In this document: piece after piece, positions 1 to 15,471 of the stretch
Numbering within the stretch: position 1 is the first letter of the stretch
How the letters are laid out: every line of letters starts with the position of its first letter
Assembly: GCA_951406725.2 (NCBI GenBank)
Contig: OX597816.1
Span: 50,282,001-50,346,000, forward strand
Length of the DNA stretch: 64,000 bases
Origin: Octopus vulgaris
Lineage: Eukaryota
Direction of reading: 5' to 3'
Translations under genes and position numbers: made by a program
The notes under the pieces: model-generated
Seen by the model: the letters and a program-made list of their open reading frames with translations, nothing else
Databases searched by the model: none
What the model was told of the DNA's origin: nothing

Positions 1-1432
1 GTTTCTTTAAAACCTAAATGTATGTGCCGAGCGTTTTTATTTATACGTGATACCATTCAATTAGTGAATCATGTGCAATCGATTACACTCCAACATAAAT
101 TGAAGATCGCATTCACATATAGGCGAAAATATATTAATCCTTTACAATTAAAAAGAACAAGACTCATTCGACATACATTCATAATATGAATTTAAATTGA
201 GTCGATGAAATATTTTATCGTATTTATATATTCATATCGCAGAGGGTTCTAAATTACAACATTTAACTTAATTTTCATCAATTGGAAAATAACAATATAT
301 AATTATTTCAGTAATTATAACACTTTCAATGGAGATACATAGAATTAGGGAATGTTATATTCGAATCTAAGTGGGAATTCTTTTAATTTTCATAATAAAG
401 AAAAATCAGTGACCATATGAATGTATGATATGGAAATCGACGAACAGAATTTTACATTAATACTTGATTTAGATGTAGAATATTTTCACCATAAACAATA
501 AGGGTGTACAGCTCGTAATCATATTTCAATTCGTTGGTTATATTTGATACAATTATAAGATACCATCAACGCTATGTAATTGGTTCCGCAGTAATATGGA
601 CTTTTGAGGAAATCATAAGCAAAACTCTTTCGTGGTTTCTTTTGTAGAACCATCTGATGTAGAGAAATAATGTCTGTATTCTTTTGTACTCTTGGTAATT
701 TCGGCAGATGTTTCTCTGCCGACACTAGTTAAAATAATGCGAATTATTTACTATGAAAGGTCTTGTCAACTGATGTTGAAATATGTCTTACCAAAGTAGG
801 ACATTTTTGAATATCAACGGCGTGCCGATCATAAATCATTATGAAGAGAAGGTTCTTTGGCTTTTTATATATATCTCTTAAGCTTATTCCACATTACGTC
901 CTTTATATGCTACAGAAGCACAGCAGAATATACGATGAAGTATTCATAAAATCATGCACACACAACAAAACATACACGCACGGAAATAAAACTCATTTGA
1001 CACATGGAAGTATTTTATGTCGAAAGGATGAAAATGTTGGAAATAGTTATCTGAATAATCTCGGCTTTCGCTAACATATAAGGTGATAGTCAACTAATTA
1101 ATCTCATTCATTGCTTTATATCTGTTTTCGAAATACTCTGAGTTCTGTGTATCAAGCTAATATCGTCAATTTTGTTAGTTATAAAACTTTATATTCATTT
1201 TTCAAGAATAGCAGAAATTATTGGTCACGTAATGCAATAGATGTTCTTCCTGTGTTAGAATATGCCACAACATCTGACAAAAAGAATAATCGAGGAGGTA
1301 AGAATTGTATGAGTATTGAGAAATAGGATATCTTTGTAACTGACGCACAACTAAGTCAACGAATATTTTCTCTAACTTTAATTCAAAGAGTATACATTGT
1401 CAAGGACTTTGTAACCAAAATATACATACAGC

Positions 1433-1855
1433 AGGCGCAGCTATGGCTGTGTGGTAACAAGCTTGCTTCTCGACCACACAATTTGGGATTCAGTCCGATT
1501 ACATGGTGCTTTAGGCAGGTATCTTCTACTATAGCCTCGCGTCGACCAAAGACTTGTGAGTAGATTTGGTAGACGGAAACTGAAAGATGCTCGTCGTACA
1601 TATGTATATATATATATACATATATAGCTATGTGTGTGTGTACGTTTCTTTGTGTCTCTGTTTGTCCCTCCACCACAGCTTGACAACCGGTGCTACTCTA
1701 TTTACGTCTCTGTAACTTAATGGTTTGGTAAAAGAGACCGATGAAATAAGTACCAGTCTTTAAAAAAAATGCCCATAGTTCGATACGTTCGACTAAAAAT
1801 ACTTCATGTCGATGCCCCAGCATGGCTTCAGTCTAATGACTGATACAAAAGTAAG
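1433..1855 (+). mobile_element. tRNA-derived SINE, family A (CORE-like segment, internal (TA)n/(TG)n)
   Basis: Head GGCGCAG..TGGCTGTGTGGTAA..GGATTCAGTCC; body TTTGGTAGACGGAAACTGAAAGA; 3' CCAGCATGGC..ATGACTGA. Homologous copies at 9637, 29607, 33297, 49262 and 52420. Confidence 0.9.
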
Positions 1856-1904
1856 AAATCATAGATAAGTCTGTTTAAAGTGACAGCGTTATTGGAGTTC
1901 ATTC

Positions 1905-2318
1905 CTATTTCTTCACTGCCCACAAGGGGCTACACACAGAGAAGACAAACAAGGACCGACAAACGGAGTAAGTCGATTATATCGACCCCAGTGTGTAATT
2001 GGTACTTATTTAATCGATCCCGAAAGGATGAAAGGCAAGTCGATCTCGGCGGAGTGTGAACTCAGAACAAAACGGCAGACGAAATACCTATTTTTTACTA
2101 TCCACAAGGGGCTAAACACAGAGAAGACAAACAAGGACAGACAAACGGATTAAGTCGATTGTATCGACCCCAGTGTGTGACTGGTATTTAATTTAATTGA
2201 CCCCGAAAGGATGAAAGGCAAAGTCACCCCGGCGGAATTTGAACTCAGAACGCAGCGGCAGATGAAATACCGCTAAACATTTCGCCAGGCGTGCTAATGT
2301 TTCTGCCAGCTCTGCGCC
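1905..2318 (-). mobile_element. Meta-domain tRNA SINE (family B), one full copy plus a partial tandem copy
   Basis: Reverse complement of the 51121 copy; the GCCTTTCATCCTTTCGGGGTCGATAAATTAAGTACCAG-like core occurs twice. Confidence 0.85.
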
Positions 2319-3248
2319 TTATATTCGAGTTTATTCCTGCATTTCTCTAGTGCATTTAGCCATTTCATTGGACAGACATTTTTCTATTCCATAACAAATT
2401 TGAAACACCATGTACACCAGAAAAAGCTCTTAAAATTGCTGAGATCGATACAAGTTACTTAACGTACAGTTATGTTTTTAGCAGCCAATTACAGTTCACA
2501 TTTACCAAGTAAATACATTCAGCTTAACGTACCTTCCTTTTCGAAGGATTTTCTCCACTATGGTATTTAGATGTTATCTTCTGAAGAGTTCTTGGTATGC
2601 AAAATCGAACGGTCACCAACACCATGATTTCTTGGTAAACGTTTGGAATGGCAGTTTCTATTATTCACACAATATGTCTATTACTGTTCAATTGTAGCAG
2701 TTCAATATAAAGTCTTCTTAGTTTCAATTAAAAATGGAATCTCATGCTTTTTCTCATGCTATCGTTCATTAACGTATACACAAATATTCAGGATCAATAT
2801 CGTGTTATGCACATATGTGTAACTGATTCTATTATTAAAGTTATCATTGTTGTTATTGTTGGTTATCAAAAATATCTATTAGGTCAATGCAGTACAGTAA
2901 TTGCATAATAACAGGGGTCAATATAAAACCAGTACTAAACCCCCCAAAAAATAATAACCGCAATCAATATAATCTTTATGCATATTAATGTAATTGCAAG
3001 TAAATCACGAAGATAAACATATATAATAGATATTTCAAATAACAATGCACACCCCATATTTTCAGCAGACGAAAGTTCCTTCCATTATTATTATTTAAAG
3101 AATACCATGTTCCGTCTGAATTTGGTAACATAACAAAGCAATTTTAGCTGGAGTACAAAATATCAATATCACCAACGTCATCAATATTAACATCGTGGTA
3201 GTCATCATAGTCGTCTTCGTATTCGTCATCATCATCATCAGTATTTTC

Positions 3249-3253
<5 letters not shown>

Positions 3254-3287
<34 letters not shown>

Positions 3288-3452
3288 GTTATTATTATTA
3301 TTATTATTATTAGTAGTAGTAGTAGTAGTACTAGTTGTAGTAGTAGTAGTAGAAGTAGTAGTACTAGTAGTACTAGTAGTACTAGTTGTACTAGTAGTAG
3401 TAGTAGTAGTAGTAGTAGTAGCAGCAGAAGTAGTAGTAGTAGTAGCAGCAGC

Positions 3453-3499
<47 letters not shown>

Positions 3500-3560
3500 A
3501 AGCAGAAGCAGCAGTAGCAGCAGCAACAGTAGCAGTTGTAGTAGTAGTAGTAGTAGTAGT
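3254..3560. repeat. Compound (ATT)n-(AGT)n/(AGC)n microsatellite
   Basis: Directly visible; explains the poly-I/L/S/V/Y ORFs. Confidence 0.97.
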
Positions 3561-4070
3561 ATCGTACGTATTTCAAAATTAGGTTATTTTCCAGTCGGTA
3601 TGTATGCTTGTATTTGAATCTTTGCACTATTTACTGCTTTCTTCATTCGTGCACATCGAACATTATTGTGCAATTGGATGAATTGAATTTCTGGTGAGAA
3701 GAGAATAAAACTCTAATAGGCAAATTAATCTCAAATTGAAAAGAATACTGAAATGATTTATCTCAAGAGAGACACTAACAGATTAGGTGACTGAGAGTAA
3801 AAGGAGAGAAACAAAGAGATGATTTATAAGAAAAAGAGGCGCTCGATTCAATTTATAATGTTCGATTTTAAATAAATGATAAAGTTAAAGAGTCATACAG
3901 CATTCATTCCTTGCGTTATTATAATGCCCGCTTCCATTCGTATAAATAACATTGATACTGATACAAAATGAATTGAATCTATATTTAGAGAACGAATTCA
4001 TGGTAGTTAAATAAATGTGGCTAAACTCCCGAAAGGGTAATAAAGATAGGGAATATTTTGTAGAAGTATG

Positions 4071-4460
4071 GGATCTTTTCGGTTTGAACAGCAGTTTTTT
4101 CTAGCGGTGTCATATGAAATTGTCACCCCTAATTATGATCCTAGAATCGATCTATTGCATTTCAATCTCTTTTAGGGTTAGAGTTACGGTTAGGGGTGGG
4201 GGGAGGGTATCATTTTTTCTTAAACGAGGGACATATTCATACGGCACAGAATGTTGTTTACCTCAATGGACATCAGTGTTTGGTTGAAATTGCAGAAATT
4301 GAAGAAAAAAACAACAAATATCTTACAAACTATAGAATTTTGTCAATAAAGCTAAGAGACAAAGATGTTTTATAAACACATTTTACCAGTATACGAAGTT
4401 TAAAATATTTTAGTTACCTAGAAATTATGTTAAAAACTGCCGTTCAAACCGAAAAGATCC
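4071..4460. mobile_element. MITE with 29-bp TIRs and 8-bp TSD
   Basis: TIR GGATCTTTTCGGTTTGAAC(A/G)GCAGTTTTT at both ends (28/29 match); TSD GAAGTATG at 4063-4070 and 4461-4468. Confidence 0.92.
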
Positions 4461-5059
4461 GAAGTATGTAGCCAATTATATGAATATAAGATATACTTGT
4501 CGTCATTTGAAATATGCTTGCGGCATATTCGAACCTGTAAGATAGTAATTTATTGCATTTTGTCATGAAAGAAATTACTCGCAGTATTATAGCCTGCTGT
4601 AAACACACCATATCACTAAAAATGCTTCTATCTTAAGGCATTCCGTTGCAGCTAACACTCCCAAGGTCTGATACAAACGAGGAGATAACTAATCCGAAAT
4701 GCATGCATCCAGCAGTCTCACTTGGGCTCGTTGCAAACTGTCTTGGTGTGTTTATAGTGAGAATTTTTTTACGACAAAATACAGTAAAAGGCTTTATTAC
4801 AGGCTCGAATAGGCGCCGAGCTTATCTGAAATGGTAACAACTTTATGTCTATTAACATTAGTGCTTAGCGCTGCTATTCTGTATAGAAATCTAATTTTGT
4901 CTTAATTAATTAAACATTTTCTAAAGGTAGCATTCCTACGGAGAATCATATTTATAATTCTCTTTAGGTGATTTATCATCGCATGTCAATAGAGTATGTT
5001 TTGTTTAAATTAATTATTACGTTTTTGTTCCTGCATTCCAGCCTATTATAGTTCTTTAC

Positions 5060-5990
5060 ACATTGAGTTCAAAATCAGCCGACGTCACCTTTGTATTTTA
5101 TCATGCGGCGATCAATAAAGTACTGATAAAAAGCTAGTTCTAGGGTATTACTTGCTCCCCCTTAAAATGTCTGGCCTTATTTCTAAAGAAAAATAAATAT
5201 ATATGTAAATAAAGCGGTCAGCTGGCTAAAACCATGAACGTATCGGAAACAATGCTTCGTGTTATAAATTCCTGGGTTTTATTTTCTGTAGTTCAAATTC
5301 CACCGCGTTCAACATTCTATTTTATCTTCAGGAAAAACATGAATTTGACTGATCCCTATTTCCTTGAGTAAGATACTTGTTGTAATTTTTCTTTTGTCTT
5401 TTCTAAAATGCACCATTCACAGGCTTGTTTATCAATTAAATTCAAATTTCATTATTATAATTGTAGAACCATTCAAACAAAAGTTTTAATAATAATGATA
5501 AGTATCCTTTCTACAATAAATTATTACTCAAACTTTTGCGATGGATTTTATCGACTGATTCATTTCCATTAAACTCGTTGGCCACGGTCCAAAATTCAAA
5601 AGCATTGTTTTGTTTTTAGTAGTTTGTATTATTGCTTCTGCGTTGACGTTATTGCTTCCCATATCGTCTAGAAGTTTTGTCGGAGTGGTAATTAGATTAA
5701 ATCGACTGTAATATTCAGACTTTATCTTACCAACCCCAGAAAGATGAAAAGCAAATTTGACATCGTTGAGTTTAAACTCAAAATTTGGAAAGCTGCAGCA
5801 AATCCCGAAAGCTATTTTTGTCTGATGTTTAAAAAGGCATTGTTATACACTTACGGCTCTTTAAATTCCGAGTTCTAATTAAGTCAAGTTCAACTATGCT
5901 TTTATCTCGCAGAGGTCGTTAAAATAAAGTACCAATCGAGAGATGAGATCGATGGTATGCAATTGTTAATTCCTTTCAAAATAGAAGTTT
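5060..5990. mobile_element. Cluster of old, degenerate Meta-SINE fragments
   Basis: GAGTTCAAA..CC GAGGTC-like B-box segments and ATAAAGTACCA motifs in both orientations. Confidence 0.55.
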
Positions 5991-8900
5991 CTGTCTTAAT
6001 CAAAAACAATTACTGTATGATAGTGAAAGACGATAGATTGCAGTGTTGTGGAATTTGGAGAACAGTGATTGATATACCATTGTTTCTTCCCAATCCTGGG
6101 ATCGCCATTGTCACTGATTTAGAAAATATCTTGTTTAGGTCTATAAAAAGTATCCGTGAAGTATCAATAATGGGATGGTGTATATAACCGTTAGCATTAT
6201 TTCCGTAAAATATTTACTGTGTGGGCTGTATAGGAAATTACTTTTTCTTTCTTTCTTATGAGATTTCACAAAATCTGTGGTTAGGTCAACGGATCAAATA
6301 TCCTCCGGTGCTGCTTATTATGCATTATCTTTTCAGAAATATTTATGCCGGCCAAAATTATCAAATGTGTGTTCTTTAAGATTGAAGGATAGGGTTAAAG
6401 GTTATTTTAGTAACATATTTAAGAGACAGAGCGGACCCAAAGATACACTCGTTGGATATTTGGTTTCGTTTATGCTGCTGGTTTGCTCAGGTTCAAACCT
6501 GAACAAGCAAATCTACAACCAAAGGCAATTCGTGCCATAAACATGCAGCTTCGCCAGACTTCCTTAACCAATGTGCTAGTTACTAAAGAGAAATGCTTGA
6601 GGGTAATGTTACTTGTAGTTCTAGCATAACGGGCTATTATTTTCTCTATATGATGTTGGTGTTGATATTCTTAAGTATTGTACAATTGTAATGAGTATCC
6701 TAATATATTGAATACAACTTCTAAATATATTGAACAGAATTTCTAAATAGTGAATACATTACGTGTAATTATTACAAGTAGCATACTGAAACAGGGTATT
6801 CTTCGTTTTACACGTTTCATATCATCTCTTCCTCTCTCTCTCTCTCACAAACACACATACCCACACACGTACACACAGACACACACATGTATGTACGTAT
6901 CTTTGTATGCATTTAAATATATTAGTAACCTATATATATCCGCATACATTGCACTTCTACGTGAATGTCACCTCCATAATGGATTCTACGTTTGTTTCAT
7001 TTAACGGTGAAAAATAATTTGTTAATGATATTTATTTTAATACTGTTAATCGGAAGTAAGATGTCACTGCGAATCATTTCAGCTACTCTGTGTCAACATG
7101 TTTATAATTTTCGTTTCAGATGAGGTGAATAGCAAATGTCAGGGAAATTTGACCTTTATTCACAATGCGCTGCATTATTGACGTAGTATGGCTTCTCTAT
7201 TTCAATTGTATTGGAATCTTGTAAACACATTTGGTTTACTTGTGTGTTAGACAACCACTGAATACTCCCTCCTACGCCCTCCACTGTCCAGGGTCAATTA
7301 CTGGTCTCGGATATTTACATTTTTTCTGTTAATGTACTTGAGATTGAAAACAAATAGACACAACGACTACCAACGTAGTCTATTCAATATCGACATTGGA
7401 AATATTGCTCCCCAATTGTTAGTATCTCTGAAAGGGAGTGGCTGAATAACATAATATTCTTATCACTTTGGTAGTTTATTTGATAAACAATTCTAGTATT
7501 TTTATTTATTCAAGTTCACTTCACGATGCGGCATCATTTCTGGAGATTTAGTTCATATGATATTCTACAGGAAACAGCACGTTTTAGTAATACTGGTTGA
7601 GATTTCGATTTAAAATGTTTTAGCCATTACAGTGAGAAGGCCACTATGTAATCTGCGAGAAATAACAGCTTCATATTCTTCAAACTACACCATATTTCAT
7701 AATATATTGCTTTTCGTCAAATTCGCGCATATGATAGGAAGCTTATTCAGATTTAAGAAGGTTGCATCATTAGTTTGCTCAGAAGGAACTAATACAAAGT
7801 GAACTATATATTCCATATGAGGTATCATTATTTGCTTGTCGTACATAAATAAACTCGGTTAAGTGTAAAATCTAAGGTTATCACAAGCATAATCCTGATA
7901 ATAACCAACAATGCTGTGGTCGTGGCTTACTTAAAAGCAGACGCTATCTTCAGAATTCAAATACAGAGAAAATAATGCAAATTAATGTGTTGCACATTCC
8001 AAAGATCAACACGGATATCTCTAACTGGTTGAATTCCATGTACACTATGAAATGTTAACTCATCAATGATTCAGTTTAAAATCAAAATAACAATGCAGCT
8101 ATTAATAATCGTGCACAGCTGCAGCTGCGAACGGAAAATAATTTAAGTACGGAATATATAAATCTTACAAGTAATTATAATTTTAATAAATAAAGCAATC
8201 CTCACTGTATGGCTCACATATTTGTCAGGACTACTAAAACTCAAACGCTCAAAATACTAACATCTATATGGGAACAATCTCGGTTATATTACAGTCTTTA
8301 CTAACACTATTGCAAAGATTCTCAACTTCACTACACTCTCACACTATTTCACTGCCAGATTATAATAAATACTCGCTATATTTCTTTCTCTCAAGACCTC
8401 AATGCCTCTGTCAATTATCACAGTTATATTTTTAATTCGCAGTTTTAAAATCTATATTCAGGGCTTTGCATAACGCAGATAAAAACCATTAAAATCATCG
8501 AGGACGTTTTGGTAATTTTATGTGCAGTATAACCTCTACTTAAATCAATAAATAGAACACGAATGTGTTGCTATTTCTATTAGGTATTCATACACATTGC
8601 GTGGAACTGGGAGTGACATATTATAGAAAACTGAAACATAATTATAATTGTAATTATATTAGAATTATATAATTGTATTAATTATGTAATAATGTTTGAT
8701 TATTCAAGTGGGTGGATCTTGCTACTGATTGAAGTATACTAGTGTGTGTAGTGTGCAGTTAGGAACTTACAACATTGCTTCATAAACACCATTCACAACG
8801 GCCATTTTTATTTCAGCAAATTGCGAAGATTCTTATAAATTTTTTCTTCGTTTCAAACTAGTTTTATAAAAAGAAGTAAATTCTAATTGGATTCCAATAA

Positions 8901-9636
8901 ATTTTTACTAAAATAGAAAACAGTGCAATGAAATACAAATGAATAATATTTTTGTCTTTTAGGTAGGAATGGCTGATTTTAGCATGATAAGAATTAATGA
9001 GTCTTAAGATATTTGATGATTGTATTGAAGATAACGCGAAAATAAATTTTATGTGGCTTCACAATGTTTTTTGTTTTTATTTAGAATACAATTTAAACGT
9101 ACAATAATTATTCGACATGAAGAAATATAATAATGATATTCATCTTCAATTAATCAATGGTATTTTTTTAAAAATTCAATTTTTTAATCAAAACTAAGAG
9201 ATAAGAATATATATTCTCTGCTACCATATAGATATATGTAACTATATGTTTGACAAAATATCTATAACCTTATCACTTTCGAAAGGTGCTCAATAATTAC
9301 TGACATTGAAAGTAGTTTTATTTATGTATTGTAAACTTTGTATGATCATTTGGTCATAAAGGAACAAGTCTATTGTGTTTCTAAGACATATTATCAAAAT
9401 GTAGCATCGTTGTAGAAAGAAGTCGAAGTTATCAAACAGTAGGAGCCGGATTCATTTGTTTATCAGCCAAAATACCACGAAAAAGTAATTGGTGGTACGG
9501 GAAGAAATCAATAAAAATTCAGACTTTTTTGAGTTTAACATGTCAGAACATGACCATTAAAGACTACTTAATCAGAAGATGAAGAGGGAGCTCTATGCGA
9601 CAGTTTGACGTCCACTATGTGATAGTAAAATTCCCA

Positions 9637-9799
9637 GGCGCAGGAGATGCTGTGTGGTAAGTAGCTTGCTAACCAACCTCATGGTTCCGGGTTCAGTCCC
9701 ACTGCGTGGCATCTTGGGCAAGTGTCTTCTGCTATAGCCCCGAGCCGACCAATGCCTTGTGAGTGGATTTGGTAGACGGAAACTGAAAGAAGCCTGTCG

Positions 9800-9854
<55 letters not shown>

Positions 9855-10065
9855 TTGTGTGTCTGTGTTTGTCCCCCTAGCATTGCTTGACAACCGATGC
9901 TGATGTGTTTACGTCCCCGTCAATTAGCGGTTCGGCAAAAAGAGACCGATAGAATAAGTACTGGGCTTACAAAGAATAAGTCCCGGGGTCGATTTGCTCG
10001 ACTAAAGGCGGTGCTCCAGCATGGCCGCAGTCAAATGACTGAAACAAATACAAGAGTAAAAGAGT
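9637..10065 (+). mobile_element. Family A SINE, full-length
   Basis: A/B-box-like head, CTTGGGCAAGTGTCTTCT, internal (TA)n, AAGAGTAAAAGAGT tail. Confidence 0.93.
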
Positions 10066-12129
10066 ATACACATTACAGTCTTCAAAACGTATACATACAT
10101 TTGATACCTCAACTGCAGTTGCACTAATTAAAATAAGCACGGAATAGCTACGGTTGTTTACTGCTTTATTATGTGTACTTGAATAAATTCAGAACCCTTC
10201 CAAGTTTGCATAACAATAGAGTCGGATGGCGAATCTAAGCTGCACAAAGTGTATAAATGGACTGCAACGTAAACGAGAAAAATATGATTCTGTGTACATC
10301 AAGTAAATTATCAGCAGTTTATTGTTTTCCTTATACAATAAAGACCATGTATTTCGTATTATTAGCTAAGCAGGCACATGAAACGAATACGTTGGCAGAG
10401 TATCGCTCTCAAAATGATGACATTTCCACATAAACTGAAGTACTATAATATACCAGCTAACTATTGAAACTCAATAAGTTGCTTCCCGCCGCCCCACGAC
10501 CACCAGATTATCTAACTTACATCGGTACACATAAACACACATATTTACACGTAAGGATAATGAACTGTAATGGACATTGTATGAAAAAGTAACATTTTAA
10601 GCCTGCTTCGTCATCGTGTGTGACTCGTCGATATTTCTAAGAAAATGGAAACGGCTTTGAAAACAACCTTTTACTTTCTCAATGCTAAATATAACATACT
10701 GAGTTCTAAATGAATGAATAAATGCGATACCTTGTAAAAATATATTAATGACAAATACACAACCAATGACACATAGACGTGCATACATACATATGTAAAC
10801 ATTATGGCAGGATTTTTTTGGGGGGAATTTGCTTCGTGACCACGAGGACCCAGCTCCGATGCCACAGAGGACCACTTTAAGTAAAGTGAGATCAACCTGA
10901 CAGAAACTGAACAAGAAAGATAGTTAGGTGGATTTTACCCATAAATCTAAAAGTAACGCTTTGGCTGAAATGCTGTGCCATATCAAATTCCTATTAAGAT
11001 ATTTGCCTGTGGAAACCTCATCAGCATCCACGTTAATCCACATACATTTAATTCAATGTGTAAGTCAACTGAATCGTCAAAATCAAAGTACATCTCACAT
11101 TGCCCTGCGATCAGGCCGACACCTGCTGTGCATCAATTCAGAAAACGTTGATTTTATGGTGAGAGTGGGAGAGAGCGAATGACTATGAACAAAATATTTG
11201 AGTAGGTGGTTCAGCAAAAACTGAACGCTCATACGTTGTGATCGAGGTGAGAGTCCGCCATATACTGGTAAGTAGAGAGACAGATAAATAGAATAGAATA
11301 GAAAAGAATATATATATATATATATATATATACATAATAATAAATATTAGGGAATAAATCCAAATTTACAGGGAAAAATCAGATTTAGGATTGAATCCAA
11401 TTTTATAGTAAAATATTATATAATATTAATTAGAGACAAAACCACTATTTTGCAAATCAATTCCGAAATATTTGGAATAAAATAAAGAGGAATATGTTAA
11501 GTTATCTCGTTGATATTCACATATTTTGATAATTACGTTAATTGACAACATTGAAACACAAACATGTATATCAAATTATCCCTATACATATAAGCATTTA
11601 TGAATGCCTGTGTGTACACACGCGTGTGTGAATACAATTCAGTATATTAATGTACAAATACTAAATCAGTTTACCTAACATTTTCTTTATAATGTTGGTC
11701 TGCAGATTAAGTCTCGTAATGCATTATTTCATTAGCTATGTCGGCTGAATCTTATAGTTGAATGGCAAATGCAAAAACATATATTCCGCGAGTTTCAGGT
11801 TTTGCCGAAAGGCGGCCAGATTTAAAGAAACTAACGAAAATACTTGTAGCTGAAGATCTCTAGTTTTTATGCTGTGTGTATTTCGGGAAGCTCACCGCAC
11901 CGACTTATAAACAAAAATTTTCTGCGTACTAGCATTTGTTCACTTTGTCTGTTTTGGAATACAGTGTCCATTGTTACATCTTGGGAAGTAATTTGGTATA
12001 ATACAGCAAGGCGAGAACATATCGTGAAAAGAATTTATTTTTCAAGCCTACAATTTATACATCTTTAGCATCGAGCTCCTTGACTGATGCAGGAAATCGG
12101 TGGACTTACTTTTAAAACCTACACTTTAT

Positions 12130-12392
12130 TCATCATCGTCAACGTCAAGATCCGTTTACTGATGCAGCAAGTCGGATGGGTGATATTCTAGATGCTTTCT
12201 AGTCAGTCACCGTCTATGGTATCCGTTCCCTGTTATGCGTTGCATATTCGCTCCGTTGTGACCTGTCTCGTCTCTGATGTTGTGGAACAAGTATTTTCTC
12301 TGCCTGACTCTCCTTTGGCCACATTCAACTGTGCTCTGAAGAATAGTTTTGGACGAGGAGTTGCAGCGATATGCTTGACTGTACAAGGCAAT
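12130..12392 (-). mobile_element. RTE-clade LINE 3' fragment
   Basis: Translation SKTILQSTVECGQRRVRQRKYLFHNI resembles the RTE C-terminal KTILQGTVEGxRRRGRQRKxWxDNI. Confidence 0.75.
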
Positions 12393-12481
<89 letters not shown>

Positions 12482-12482
<1 letters not shown>

Positions 12483-12680
12483 GAGGCGCAATGGCCCAGT
12501 GGTTAGGGCACCGAACTTGCGGTTGTAAGATCGCAGTTCCGATTCCCAGGCCGGGCGTTGTGAGTGTGTGAGCATTTATTGAGCGAAAACACCTAGAGCT
12601 CCACGTGTCTCCGGCAGGGGGGGGGTGATCCCTGCTGTTCCCCTTCGCCACACATTTCTCTCACTCTTTCTTCTGTTGGC
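12482..12680 (+). mobile_element. tRNA-derived SINE, family C
   Basis: GGAGGCGCAATGGCCCAGTGGTTAGGGC..TTCCGATTCCC head; homologues at 55735 and 59090. Confidence 0.88.
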
Positions 12681-12683
12681 ATG

Positions 12684-12733
<50 letters not shown>

Positions 12734-13296
12734 TATGTTACACATCCTGAGTTCTGTGGTGTGAACAATCATCGAATAAATCGATAGTTTAATGTAAATG
12801 ACTTTAACTAACGACGGAAATATACAGCAGTCGTTTTACCGGTGTTGATGTTCCATAGACAAATAGGAATAATATAATTCAAAAATGCACATGCACATAA
12901 CTACTATACATAATATCATGCTTTGATGATGATAATATGTCAGTACCTGTGAGGAGAAAGCTTGCCATATGAATGTTTAGCATTTCACAAATGAGATTAA
13001 TTATGGAAATACATATTCCGTAGATACCTATAGTCGACGTTTACGATCGCTTTTGAGAATGTAATTAGTTATTGAGAATAACGAATACATCCTTATCCAA
13101 GTCATATTTCATATATTTAATTTCTAATTTATGTTAATGTTTCTCTAATTGTTTTGTTATACTGCGATTACTAGTTTATATAATGCGAAAAATATTCAAT
13201 ATCGGTGGGGAATAAGCATAGAAATGTCAGACGTTTTAAATTCATATATATACGAACCCAGCATTTATTTCATCTATCTATCTATCTGTCTATCTG

Positions 13297-13393
<97 letters not shown>

Positions 13394-13429
13394 CTATATA
13401 TCTATCTATCTATCTATCTCTATCTCTCT

Positions 13430-13473
<44 letters not shown>

Positions 13474-13555
13474 TGGTTCTGTGGTTAGCAGCTTGCTGCC
13501 CAAGCATATGACTTCGGGTTTAGAAGTCTTCTAATATATCCTTATATATATATAT

Positions 13556-14338
<783 letters not shown>

Positions 14339-15431
14339 ACAGTTGTGTTTGTGTATACTTCCTTCGTATTTCACCTTCGTTTTCTAATATGTGTATCACT
14401 TCCGCATGTTAGCGTGTCGGTTAATTTTCATTTGAATATTGTTTGCTAAAACGTATGTTGTTCTGTTGCATGTAAGCAGAATACAGATGCTTCTTTTGTT
14501 TCTTAAATCTACTTGCAATGATTCTATAATTTTGTGCTATGCTACAGGCGATTTTCCTTATAAAATTTCTGTTAATGTTCTTGCATACTAATTCATCAAC
14601 TACTCTTTAAGTATTTGAATATGGATTCATGCATTTTTTATATTATATGCTGTTTTGAATGAGGATATTATATATTTGTTTTAATGTATATCACTGGTCT
14701 TTACTTTTATTTTAAGTTTTACTACACGTTTCTATCGCTGTGAAAAATTTTATTTTCCTTCTTTCATTCTTATTCTTTCCTATGTATTTCAATAATTTTC
14801 ACCGCTAGTAACGCTGGCCCGCTCTATAATTTTTCATGAGATTCTTTTTATTTTCCTTCTTCGATCATTTATAACTGATTCAGTTGTGTCGATTATTCTA
14901 TAATTTGGTAACTCGCGTTGCCATGATAAACAAAATGAGTGCCAAGATAAACGGGGCGAAACAAACGATATGGTATTCCCACACATGCAAACGAAACAAA
15001 TGTTCGTGCCCGGGAAATCTTTGACTATAAGTCGGGTCGGACAGGGTTCTTCCAAATCTACACAGCAGAAAAAAAAAGCGAGATCTGCAGCTACAAATAT
15101 ACGACGAAAAAGATCTTTCAGTAGGAGGAAATACAAGCAATTACGTCACCACCAGCTTTGCTAGAAAACGAAACGTTGGAAAGAATCTCCTTTATATACA
15201 CGCGTTGTTCATCCTACGAAAATCATAGTGTAGCTATTAAGTCGGAAAGGTAGAAACAATAAGTTTTCAGGGTTACATTCATCGTAGCAAATTTTGTTAT
15301 ATAAAACGTAATCAAGAAAATGAAATGACATCTCCAAACTAACCTTCGAATATGTCGTAGGGTTAATGATCAAAGTTCGTAGAATAATAATTTATTCTCC
15401 TCTCTCAGATACTGTTATGAAGGTGAGCAAT

Positions 15432-15471
<40 letters not shown>

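Noticed and set aside
7100-11275. Possible host exons (TTTCAG acceptor ~7119, GGTAAGT donor ~11267)
   Set aside because: Isolated splice-like motifs with no recognisable reading frame; RNA-seq would be needed.
12482-12555. tRNA genes (also 31850, 34470, 55860)
   Set aside because: Acceptor stems are incomplete and each continues into a repeated SINE body.
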